Below are positions 49,297 through 58,274 of a DNA stretch of 64,000 nucleotides, in pieces. A program made the translations under genes and the position numbers. Each line of letters starts with the position of its first letter. Within the stretch, counting starts at the first letter, position 1. This DNA comes from a virus (lineage: Duplodnaviria > Caudoviricetes), in IMG/VR virus record IMGVR_UViG_3300011008_000028. One strand, written 5' to 3'. Below the pieces are notes generated by a model that saw only the letters and a list, made by a program, of their open reading frames with translations, had not been told where the DNA came from and searched no databases.

Positions 49297-50691
49297 TTAT
49301 TTCCGTATTCTCATGGCCATGCCATAATCGATTGTTACAGCATTTCCATCTTCACGGAATCTGACGTTGTCAAAATGCATATCGGCATTAATATTTAATG
49401 GGATATCCATTTCCTTTATAACCGTTGCCAGATCAGAGCGGAACTCGGTTAGCTCTTTAGCACTTGGTTTCCGTGGATTTGTAATTTTTTCCATCATTGT
49501 GATACATTTATTTGGTGTAAGCCCTTGAACAGCTGCAAAGTATTTACTTGCTTTGCTATTCTTTACCTTTTCATATATTTTTTCTTCAGCCTCATTGGCC
49601 CTTGCCCCCATTTTGGAAAGAGCAACTTTCATCACGTATCCTTTCCCCGGAGGAAATAGTACGGTCCTCGTTTGCCCTAATATGGGTTTAAGCGGATTTG
49701 CTTTCTCGCCTTTAAGAGATTTATCCGAAGCAAGAATGATATTTAGAGCAGTATACTTTGCTGGGATACCTGCTTCAATACATTTCTCGGCAAATTTAGA
49801 AAGTATACCCGGACTCTTAATACTATCAATATATGATGCATCAATTGAGTAGATATTCCTCATACATTCTGCGATCGTATTAATACCGAACTGAATCTCA
49901 TTGCACAGTTCAGCAAACTCATTTATCTTTTTTAGATCATCCATAAATAGACCTGATTCCGGAATATCATATTCCTGCATTCGCTCATGAACGTAGTTGA
50001 TGGTTTTCTGAAATTCTGTAAGCCGACTTGACTTAATACTGAACTTCTTCAGTGGAGTATTCATAGCGATTAGGCTTGATAACGCAGCATTTCCTTTATA
50101 TGATAACTTATGAGTGGTTGCCAATTCGTCAGCAACCAATTTAAGTTTATTATCATTCTCAGGATCCTCAATTAGTTTGAACACTAAATTGTGAACGCCT
50201 TTAATAGGGAAATAATAGTTACCTTTCCTGCCTTTGATGGGGGTAGTAGAACCATGCTGGAGAGCATTTGATATCACTGCTGTAGATGTGATTGTAAAAT
50301 CATCTTTATTAAATGCAGCAATCAGTGGCTTGTATACAACATGAACATTTCCGAATGTTATCTTGGAACTACTATCAATTTCAGGAATCTCAACATCCCC
50401 TGTATGCTTGCCGGAAACTCCCAGCTCATCAAGTATTTGGTCAGCACTCTTTGTATCCTTTTTGAATAGTCCAGTTATAAAACCGATCAGCTTAGAAATA
50501 GCAGTTCTGATAAGGCTGAGTATCTTCTTAATGATGTCAATTATTTTTGTCCCGAAATTCTTTTTCTCTACAGGCTTCTTAGCTTCAAGAAGAATTTCAT
50601 CATGACGGTAGAATAGATCTTCACAATCAGAAGAAAATGTTTCATATAAGTAATTAGTAGGATTAAATGGTAATTCCCAAATATCAGTCAT
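49297..50691 (-). CDS. Head cargo protein with C-terminal kinase-like motifs
   Basis: LLEA then amphipathic helix KIIDIIKKILSLIRTAISKLIGFITGLF; C-terminal GQTRTV...VMKVA...NEAE...DMHFDNV...IDYG resembles a protein-kinase-like fold. Confidence 0.55.
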   Translation of the reverse strand: MTDIWELPFNPTNYLYETFSSDCEDLFYRHDEILLEAKKPVEKKNFGTKIIDIIKKILSLIRTAISKLIGFITGLFKKDTKSADQILDELGVSGKHTGDVEIPEIDSSSKITFGNVHVVYKPLIAAFNKDDFTITSTAVISNALQHGSTTPIKGRKGNYYFPIKGVHNLVFKLIEDPENDNKLKLVADELATTHKLSYKGNAALSSLIAMNTPLKKFSIKSSRLTEFQKTINYVHERMQEYDIPESGLFMDDLKKINEFAELCNEIQFGINTIAECMRNIYSIDASYIDSIKSPGILSKFAEKCIEAGIPAKYTALNIILASDKSLKGEKANPLKPILGQTRTVLFPPGKGYVMKVALSKMGARANEAEEKIYEKVKNSKASKYFAAVQGLTPNKCITMMEKITNPRKPSAKELTEFRSDLATVIKEMDIPLNINADMHFDNVRFREDGNAVTIDYGMAMRIRK

Positions 50692-50704
50692 GTTAATCCC
50701 ACCT

Positions 50705-51598
50705 TTACTTACCTACAACATCCGTATACTCTTCTGAATCACTAACGATGCCATCATTGAGTTTGGCCAGTTCCGAATCCAACTTTCTATCAACAAGAAG
50801 GAAGTATGACTTTCTCTGATCTTTCCAACCAAAATGAGTTTTGAATGCATCGTGTATCGTTGGGATGGACTTCAGCGAAATTATTTTATATTCTCCGAGA
50901 GTTTCAGCAAATTTTTCGGTAAGTTGATTACATAGAGAATTGATATTTGCATCCTCAACATGTACAACTCCTATTACCTGCCAAAGACGAGTCTGAAGAA
51001 CCTGCTGAATGCCTGATATAGCAGTTTTAGCTCCTTTGGCACCGGCAACTCCAGCAGCAGCTGCTCCAGCAGCTCCTGCTGCAACTTTCGTCGCCGCACC
51101 TGCTGCCAGATGGGCACCGATAGCCTGGCCAGCTACAGGAATAGCCTTCGATGCTATTGCTCCTTTTGCAAGTCCTGCAGCACCACCTAGAATTGCTTTA
51201 CCTGCAACACCACCGGCGGCGATACCGCCTGCAGTTATGAGTCCGCCAACAATTAATCTTGCAATGAGATTAGGCCTATAAAAGCTCACCTTGTCTTTTA
51301 CAAGGGTTTCTTCGATCTTGGGGCGAAGAGTTCTGACAATCGACTTGATACGTTCCTTGTCCTTACGAGTAACTGCTTCAAACAACGGACCATCTTCGTA
51401 TGATTCAAGAATAGCCGTACTAATGGCTTCATCTATTGCCGATTCAGTATATAGCTCTTGTCGTTCTTCAGGAGTACTAATGATAGTCTTTTCAGATAAA
51501 GCTTCAAGTGTATCAGATGCACTTTCAAAACATGCATGAAGCTGCTTTAGTACATCATTATATTCTGATCGTGTGAGCTTTATGGAATTACCTTCCAT
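50705..51598 (-). CDS. Head protein with Gly/Ala-rich hydrophobic insert
   Basis: FESA, YTESA, ILES, LFEA motifs; ~80-aa G/A tract. Confidence 0.5.
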   Translation of the reverse strand: MEGNSIKLTRSEYNDVLKQLHACFESASDTLEALSEKTIISTPEERQELYTESAIDEAISTAILESYEDGPLFEAVTRKDKERIKSIVRTLRPKIEETLVKDKVSFYRPNLIARLIVGGLITAGGIAAGGVAGKAILGGAAGLAKGAIASKAIPVAGQAIGAHLAAGAATKVAAGAAGAAAAGVAGAKGAKTAISGIQQVLQTRLWQVIGVVHVEDANINSLCNQLTEKFAETLGEYKIISLKSIPTIHDAFKTHFGWKDQRKSYFLLVDRKLDSELAKLNDGIVSDSEEYTDVVGK

Positions 51599-51643
51599 AA
51601 GTATCACTCCTTTCATTTGGAATTAACTTTCGTTATGATCTTG

Positions 51644-52966
51644 TCATTCAAGCCCATTAAGCTCTTTGACAAGATTATTGATATATTCAGTAGATACCGA
51701 AATTAGCAATCTGTATGTCCTGTGGGTATTTGGTCTGGTAATATGGAGCTCATATTTATACCAATCAATGTAGAACATTTCCTCATTCAAGATCTGCCCA
51801 TTCTCTCGGAATTGGATAGATATGAATCTATCCATTGGAATTCCCATCTTCAAATGGTAATCGATCACCGATTTAATACTGAGATTCAGTATCGGTTCCA
51901 ATGAGATTGAAGATTCATTTTCTCCCAGTTTGAATATTGGCCATCCCAATATCTGCCATCCGATTGGCAACTGGAAATCATCCAAATTAATTACATCGGA
52001 GAAGATCGGAACTACCACATCTGAATCAGGAGCCTGAATGTTTACAGGACGTTTGATATCAGGTGAATTCAATGTGAAGTAACCAATAGTATTGAAGTCA
52101 CACCTTACAGTGAATGAGATATCAAAATTTCTTCGGATCTGTCCATCCTTCACGCCCTGACCTTGATTCACATCCTGGAATGTGAGATCGATATCTGTCA
52201 AATAGTACATGAAGAACTCGTTGGTGTTCGATCCACCCTTCAACTTGTATGTGATGGGGTTATACATCATCGTATTCATCAATGACAGGAATTGCTGTAC
52301 AGATCCATTCTCATCTGTAATAGGTACACCTGCATAGTGGGATATCAACGAGCAGAATTGCCCTGGAATGTACAATTCTAACGGCGCGCGTACGGATTGT
52401 GGGTGTCCAATCGGAAGCACATTGTACAAGTACGACATCATATTCACCTGTTCGGAATATGTATTGAATGACATTACAATGTCAACGAACATCACAGCAC
52501 GGTTGTAGTGACCATGAATATACATATTCTTTTCCCGATGGTGCCCGAGTTCCAATAGGGATCCATCTCCCCACATTGAGTGCAGATTCGTGACACGTTC
52601 ATTGATCAATGTATGTCCCAGGAAGCGGTTGTCATCTTGACCGAATGATGGTCTTGGAACCAGAACCATGATCGGCATTTCCTTTTTGATGAGCTTGTTA
52701 GGCAGTCGTTGCAATTGCCGGGAAGAGATGGTTGTCGATGCTGTTACAGTCTTGAATCTGTCTTTTGGGAATTGATCTAAAATGAACTTCTCAACGATCC
52801 CCAACACATTTCCGTATGTATGGGAAGCAGACGAATTACATATTGCAGATGTCTGCCGAATATGTTCCCCGTACTCTGCTCCGACATTCTTCTCGTATTT
52901 CCTACCGGGGATATTTACATCCGGATTTGCCACGGAAGGATTCGCATTATAATCTCTAGGTAACAA
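51644..52966 (-). CDS. Virion structural protein (neck/tail completion-like)
   Basis: 440 aa, TTG start with GAGGTG RBS, next to gp53-like gene. Confidence 0.4.
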   Translation of the reverse strand: MLPRDYNANPSVANPDVNIPGRKYEKNVGAEYGEHIRQTSAICNSSASHTYGNVLGIVEKFILDQFPKDRFKTVTASTTISSRQLQRLPNKLIKKEMPIMVLVPRPSFGQDDNRFLGHTLINERVTNLHSMWGDGSLLELGHHREKNMYIHGHYNRAVMFVDIVMSFNTYSEQVNMMSYLYNVLPIGHPQSVRAPLELYIPGQFCSLISHYAGVPITDENGSVQQFLSLMNTMMYNPITYKLKGGSNTNEFFMYYLTDIDLTFQDVNQGQGVKDGQIRRNFDISFTVRCDFNTIGYFTLNSPDIKRPVNIQAPDSDVVVPIFSDVINLDDFQLPIGWQILGWPIFKLGENESSISLEPILNLSIKSVIDYHLKMGIPMDRFISIQFRENGQILNEEMFYIDWYKYELHITRPNTHRTYRLLISVSTEYINNLVKELNGLE

Positions 52967-52972
52967 TCTAAA

Positions 52973-53365
52973 TCACCTCTTATCTTCTCGACGGAAAAAT
53001 ACCCGAATCAAATCTGCCAGTTCCTGGGGTTTATAGATTTTGATGATCGGTTTACAGAATTCCGGGATCGTTTTCATATTATTGCATCTCAACAGTGCTA
53101 ACCACAGTTCTGTTGTCCCGTACAGGATATCTGATACGGACTTTGGCTTGTAATAGTAATGCTGATCCAGCTGTACATATTTTTCGATTGATTGAAGTTC
53201 GTTGTGATGTTTCAGAAAGAAATCATCAAATGGTGTACGGTATATATGGGTAGGATTATTTGCATCCATGATCAACTGGGTATCATATAAGTTGTGTAGG
53301 GAAACGGTTGCCTTATTTCCTTCGCTGATGAATGTATCCAAATACATGATTGCGTTTTCTGTCAT
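52973..53365 (-). CDS. Baseplate wedge protein, T4 gp53/LysM-like
   Basis: YYKPKSVSDILYGTTELWLALLRCNNM. Confidence 0.65.
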   Translation of the reverse strand: MTENAIMYLDTFISEGNKATVSLHNLYDTQLIMDANNPTHIYRTPFDDFFLKHHNELQSIEKYVQLDQHYYYKPKSVSDILYGTTELWLALLRCNNMKTIPEFCKPIIKIYKPQELADLIRVFFRREDKR

Positions 53366-53802
53366 GCCATTTCACCTCCACCCGGCCATGTTGTAAGATC
53401 CATACCGCCACGGTTTGCACCATGAATGACGGATTCAGTGCCAAACATTCTGTAACGTTCTGTCGGGATACCATTTCTACAGAGTAACAGGAATTCTCTT
53501 CCTTTCTTAGTATACTCGCCAGGGTTGTACCAGTGCAATGGGGCTTGACCAACATAACGTGTCGTCAGAAAATTCTGAGTTGGAATCTGTGTTGCTACGG
53601 AAAGTTTCGTTTCCTTGGCATTTAAAAAGATTGATTTATCTATACTCTGTGGAGTGGACATTGCTTCTCCAAATGGGATCAATGGCATCAATGCAACAGA
53701 GTGTATTTTATATACTCCGATATCTGTAAAACGGTAGTCTTTAGACGATCGACATGTTGATTCTTCAACAACACGTTCTACGGCAAATGTTCCAGTTAAC
53801 AT
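53362..53802 (-). CDS. Hypothetical baseplate-region protein
   Basis: AAGGAG RBS; ATGA coupling with gp53-like gene. Confidence 0.5.
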   Translation of the reverse strand: MLTGTFAVERVVEESTCRSSKDYRFTDIGVYKIHSVALMPLIPFGEAMSTPQSIDKSIFLNAKETKLSVATQIPTQNFLTTRYVGQAPLHWYNPGEYTKKGREFLLLCRNGIPTERYRMFGTESVIHGANRGGMDLTTWPGGGEMA

Positions 53803-53855
53803 TTCAAATACTCCTTTCTAATGGATTATCTGAGTCTGTTCCATAAGAACGAAAT

Positions 53856-53893
53856 TATCAACACCCGGGATCGATCGATCCCGGGTGTTGATA
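53856..53893. terminator. Perfect 38-bp palindrome
   Basis: tatcaacacccgggatcgatcgatcccgggtgttgata. Confidence 0.65.
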
Positions 53894-53947
53894 CAATGTT
53901 ATTTCTTTTCATCTTCGGAATTCTTTTCAGGTTGCCCTGAAACTTTC

Positions 53948-55003
53948 TCATTTTTTTAATTGATTTATTTGAGAAAGTGATCCGTTAATAGCATTCACAG
54001 ACGATGTGTATATCTGTATACCTTGCTGCTCTAGCTTAACCACGTTGGCTAAAGCTTTAGCGAGGATACTATATACTTCATTTAACAATGAATATTTAGT
54101 AGCTATCTCATTAGGTACCGATTTTCCATCATTATTGATCTTTTTCATCTTCTCTGAAAGATTAGTTAACTTGTCGTTCAGGCGTGAAAGCTGATCTTCA
54201 AAGCTCTTGATTTCTGTAAAACTTGGGCCGGTATATGTCTTGAATGAATATACAGGGTTGCTCAATTTTTTCCGTAACTCTGTAAGGGAATATTCTCCAT
54301 CGATTACTCCAGATGCTATAATAAACGCTTCGTCCATACCAAAAAGATTGGAAGGACAATACTGATCCTGAACAGGGAGTTTTATAACGCCGCTGTCTAT
54401 TATATGTACGAGCCTCTTTAAGAATTTGCGATTTATCTGGTCTTGGTGTTCATCCGAAACCTTTTGATCGATTGATTTAGCTTTATCAATTTCTTCTTCC
54501 ATCGACTTGACGGATTTTCTCCCTATAGCCTCTATTGAAACTCCGATGACACCGGTAAGCAGGGCGAGTACTCCAACCTTTTTGAGACCACTGATTATAT
54601 TTGAAGCATTCTCTGCAGGAATTTTTCCATTAGTTATGTCTTCAACACTTACGGCTAGTTTACCGAATTTTGCTTCTTTACGCTTCCTTAAAAATCCGGT
54701 AAACTTTTTAAGAAGCCCCTTGATCATCTCTATGATTCTGGATATTAATCCTTCCTTCTTCTTACCGAAAGCTTCGGTGATAGCCGCAAAATCAGTATCA
54801 GCAGCAGCCTCAGCGAAGTATGTTGCCGACACAGTCATACCTGCAGCTTCAAGCATGGGAACATCTTCCTTCAAGAACTCCTGATTGCGGATATACATTC
54901 CCATGAGATCCAGTTCATAACCTTCCTTCATGAGTTCATAGTATTCCTTACTATACTCATACAGTTCACATTCCGTTATGAACTCTCTAAATGTAGTAGC
55001 CAT
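53948..55003 (-). CDS. Internal head protein paralog 1
   Basis: MATTFREFITECELYEYSKEYYELMKE leader; amphipathic helix after ITEA. Confidence 0.6.
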   Translation of the reverse strand: MATTFREFITECELYEYSKEYYELMKEGYELDLMGMYIRNQEFLKEDVPMLEAAGMTVSATYFAEAAADTDFAAITEAFGKKKEGLISRIIEMIKGLLKKFTGFLRKRKEAKFGKLAVSVEDITNGKIPAENASNIISGLKKVGVLALLTGVIGVSIEAIGRKSVKSMEEEIDKAKSIDQKVSDEHQDQINRKFLKRLVHIIDSGVIKLPVQDQYCPSNLFGMDEAFIIASGVIDGEYSLTELRKKLSNPVYSFKTYTGPSFTEIKSFEDQLSRLNDKLTNLSEKMKKINNDGKSVPNEIATKYSLLNEVYSILAKALANVVKLEQQGIQIYTSSVNAINGSLSQINQLKK

Positions 55004-55005
55004 AT
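54923..55005 (-). repeat. 83-bp exact direct repeat, copy A
   Basis: Identical to 56369..56451. Confidence 0.92.
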
Positions 55006-55027
55006 ATCATCAATTCCTTTCCTGTGA

Positions 55028-56449
55028 TTATTTACGTTTGATATCATCCGGATTCTCTCCAGCATCGATCTTGGCTTGAGCTGCAGCTCGATCCGACTTG
55101 GCTTTATCAGCAGCCTTCTGTGCAGCAGATGTAGCCTCTTTAGCTTTGTTTTTCACAGAATCGGCTACACCCTTCTGCATATCGGCTCCAGCCTTCCTAG
55201 CCTGAGCATCATCGACAGCTTTCTGAGCCTTTTTCTTAGCACTACTGCCGGCATTAGGATTTGCTTTGACAGACTTAAGATTATTTTCAGCTTTCTTAAG
55301 ATCTTTATCAGCATCTCTGGCTGCTTTACCCTTTTCATCTGCCGCAGCAATCGCTTCATTCTCAGCTTTCTGTGCTTCTTCAACTGCTGCAACAGCAGCT
55401 TCAACAGCTTGATCATACTCGGCCATTACACCCATCAGAGCAGCGATCATTTGATTTGCAATCTTGATAGCCTGTGTAGCAGCTTCAAGCTGCTTACGGT
55501 CAGTTTCATTGGTTGCACTCCAAACATCGTTCGCCTTAACTTCAAGATCTGTTTTGATCTGCTGAAGATGATTTCTGTATGTTGTAAGTTCACTTATGAT
55601 TTGATCTTTCTGCTCAGAATCAAGATCATCTATAAATGTCTTATTGGCCTTCCAGCCACTAGTGGCTGTAGTGATATAATTTATGGCTTCAAGATAATGC
55701 ATCTTATTCTCATTATCTTTCATACCTGTAATCATACCAAAGAATCCTTTGATGACAGAGAATCCTTTTGACGCAGCCGGAGGAAGAAGTGGCACTACCA
55801 TATCACCTGCGGATGTAACTATCTGCTTGATCGGAGCACCTTTATCTTGCAGAATAGAAGAAAGCTCATTGACTATATTACCGGTCTTTTCTTCGATTGT
55901 ATCACCTTCAGTAGAATCAATCTTTTTATCGATTGCTTTTTTTGCAGCGATACCGCCTGCAGTAGCTAAACCTGCCCCGCCTGCTCCTAAAATTATGTAC
56001 TTGAGAGTCTTCGGTCCATGTTCATCCCACCAGTCTTCCATAGCAACGATCTGCCTCTTGGTAAAGAGCTTCTTCTTGAGACGATCCCATTTACTTCCTC
56101 TGATTGCTTTGGAAATATTCTTCTTAGCTCTCTTAAGGAACTTGATGAGAATGTCAATGAGCTTAGTGATCCCATCCCATATCTTACTAAAGAACCCCTT
56201 GATACCCTTGGAAGCCTTTTCCTCAAGTACCTGTATACCAGAATCCTCTATAGATTCTGCAAAGAACCCATCTCGAACGGATAACTTTGTAGCCTCCATG
56301 TACGGGATATACTGAGAAGTGAACTGATGGTTTTCTACGAACTTAGAGATCAGAGATATCTCAGTACATTCCTTCATGAGTTCATAGTATTCCTTACTAT
56401 ACTCATACAGTTCACATTCCGTTATGAACTCTCTAAATGTAGTAGCCAT
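55028..56449 (-). CDS. Internal head protein paralog 2
   Basis: Start at MATTF (AAGGTG RBS); same leader; A/K-rich C-terminal coiled coil. Confidence 0.6.
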   Translation of the reverse strand: MATTFREFITECELYEYSKEYYELMKECTEISLISKFVENHQFTSQYIPYMEATKLSVRDGFFAESIEDSGIQVLEEKASKGIKGFFSKIWDGITKLIDILIKFLKRAKKNISKAIRGSKWDRLKKKLFTKRQIVAMEDWWDEHGPKTLKYIILGAGGAGLATAGGIAAKKAIDKKIDSTEGDTIEEKTGNIVNELSSILQDKGAPIKQIVTSAGDMVVPLLPPAASKGFSVIKGFFGMITGMKDNENKMHYLEAINYITTATSGWKANKTFIDDLDSEQKDQIISELTTYRNHLQQIKTDLEVKANDVWSATNETDRKQLEAATQAIKIANQMIAALMGVMAEYDQAVEAAVAAVEEAQKAENEAIAAADEKGKAARDADKDLKKAENNLKSVKANPNAGSSAKKKAQKAVDDAQARKAGADMQKGVADSVKNKAKEATSAAQKAADKAKSDRAAAQAKIDAGENPDDIKRK

Positions 56450-56451
56450 AT
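56369..56451 (-). repeat. 83-bp exact direct repeat, copy B
   Basis: Identical to 54923..55005. Confidence 0.92.
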
Positions 56452-57521
56452 TATTCACCTTCCTTCTGTTTCGGCGTGATCTTGGCGTGTTCATTCACGA
56501 ATGATGTTAATGCCGTAATCATTGCCTTCCTATACGTTGTATAAAGATCATACATATGAATTGTATTTGTTACACAGAGTTTGATATACTGAATATTATC
56601 AGAAATCTGCTGGAATTCGGCACCAGACGGATTCTCAAACTCCTTAGCATTGATAGCTTCTACTTTAGGCTGAAGTTCTTTGATCTTGGCTCCATTACTC
56701 TTCAGAGTTTCGGAATCAACCTTAACAGTTATCTTCTTAGACTTGGCAATGGAAGATGTTTCGAGATGACTTCTTACCGCAGCAATCTGGGATGTTGATT
56801 TTGCCGTTATGAAATCCTCTATTGCAGGGATAAGACGTTCCTGAGATACAGCATCCGGAATATCTTTACCTCTAAGCGCTGAAAGCCAATCCTTCGTCAG
56901 AACGACTTCAGTGTTGCTCATTACCAACGAAAGAAGCCATAGTACAGTCTTGAGTTTCTCATCTTTCTGAACATCTGTATCGAATTTCAGATTCAGAGAA
57001 CTTTCAAAGGGCTGAGATGACGTAATGATAGACTTATAGTCGACATCTTTACCATTCTTAAGAATAGTATACAGCTTATCGACATCTGCTTGATTAAATG
57101 TAGCTTGCTGAAGCCGCCCGATCAGACTGGACGATGCTGCGTTTACATTTGCTGCAACTTCATCAAACTTATTTAAGAAGCCGAGGATATTCCTGCAGAT
57201 TACTTTAATTATCTCAAGAATTTTGCCCAGCAGCTTCGGCTGCTGGTCATTATATGCCTGCATAGCCTTCTTGCCCATGGTTGTATTCAGAGCTCCATTT
57301 GCCAGATTCGCCGCACCTTGAGCAACATCATCAGCCAATGCCTCTATGAAATAAGACTCTGTAAGAGTAACACCAGCTTCCTGGAGTTCTGCTGCTTTCT
57401 TGCAGTTCTCAATATATTTCTCAGTAAGAATGAAACTCATGATATCTCTTTGAAGATCATAATTCTGCTGAGAATACTCAAAGAATTCTGCTTCAACGAG
57501 GAAGTCACGTATACTAGCCAT
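56451..57521 (-). CDS. Internal head protein paralog 3
   Basis: Diverged leader MASIRDFLVEAEFFEYSQQNYDL; LTESYFIEA; amphipathic helix. Confidence 0.6.
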   Translation of the reverse strand: MASIRDFLVEAEFFEYSQQNYDLQRDIMSFILTEKYIENCKKAAELQEAGVTLTESYFIEALADDVAQGAANLANGALNTTMGKKAMQAYNDQQPKLLGKILEIIKVICRNILGFLNKFDEVAANVNAASSSLIGRLQQATFNQADVDKLYTILKNGKDVDYKSIITSSQPFESSLNLKFDTDVQKDEKLKTVLWLLSLVMSNTEVVLTKDWLSALRGKDIPDAVSQERLIPAIEDFITAKSTSQIAAVRSHLETSSIAKSKKITVKVDSETLKSNGAKIKELQPKVEAINAKEFENPSGAEFQQISDNIQYIKLCVTNTIHMYDLYTTYRKAMITALTSFVNEHAKITPKQKEGE

Positions 57522-57533
57522 GTCCTTCCCTCC

Positions 57534-58238
57534 TTAATGCTGTGTCTGGGGAAGCAGGTCATTTGCTGCCTGTCTCGCCACAGACGAATTGTTTGTATTT
57601 GCGACCATCAGAAGATACTTCTGTGCAAGCATTTTTGCATCATTGTATTCTTCAGACTGGATTGCAAGCTTTGCCTTGTTACGTATCATTGCAGCCTTGG
57701 AGAACATCTGCCACTGAGGAGTGTTCTTCTTCTGTGCAAGGAGAAGTGCACATGTTGCTACCAACTGTGCATAACGTGTCTCATCATCAAATGCAATTAC
57801 ATTCTTTTCGGTCATTACATTTGCTTCCGTGAGTTCCTTGGTCTTATGATCTGCAATGTCCTGTTCAATCCCCTGACTTATCAGGATTGGCGTGAACATG
57901 TTATTGAGCTTATCCAGCAAGGACGAATCATCCAGAGGATTTGGAGAGTCATCTTCGATGGGCTCATCGAGTACATTAGAATCTTCTTCCGCAGGGTTGT
58001 CGAAAGTCTCTTCGATTTCACTCATTGCTTCAAGCATCTTCGTGAAGGTCATAAGAGGACTTTTCATCACACCACCATCGGTCGTTTTACCGTCCGTCGG
58101 TACACCCTTCGGCTGATCCTTAACTTCAGTAGTATCCGAATCAGCAGAGTCTATCTGCTCATCCAGCAGAGATTTGAAATGATTATTCATCTTTTCATCA
58201 CCTGCTGGATTGTGACCCAGCTCGGCTGTTTGTGCCAT
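57534..58238 (-). CDS. Head-associated protein
   Basis: Acidic N-half, MLEA/LTEA motifs, downstream of portal. Confidence 0.5.
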   Translation of the reverse strand: MAQTAELGHNPAGDEKMNNHFKSLLDEQIDSADSDTTEVKDQPKGVPTDGKTTDGGVMKSPLMTFTKMLEAMSEIEETFDNPAEEDSNVLDEPIEDDSPNPLDDSSLLDKLNNMFTPILISQGIEQDIADHKTKELTEANVMTEKNVIAFDDETRYAQLVATCALLLAQKKNTPQWQMFSKAAMIRNKAKLAIQSEEYNDAKMLAQKYLLMVANTNNSSVARQAANDLLPQTQH

Positions 58239-58274
58239 AGGTTATTCCTCCTTTATTATGGTATTTCACTGAGG

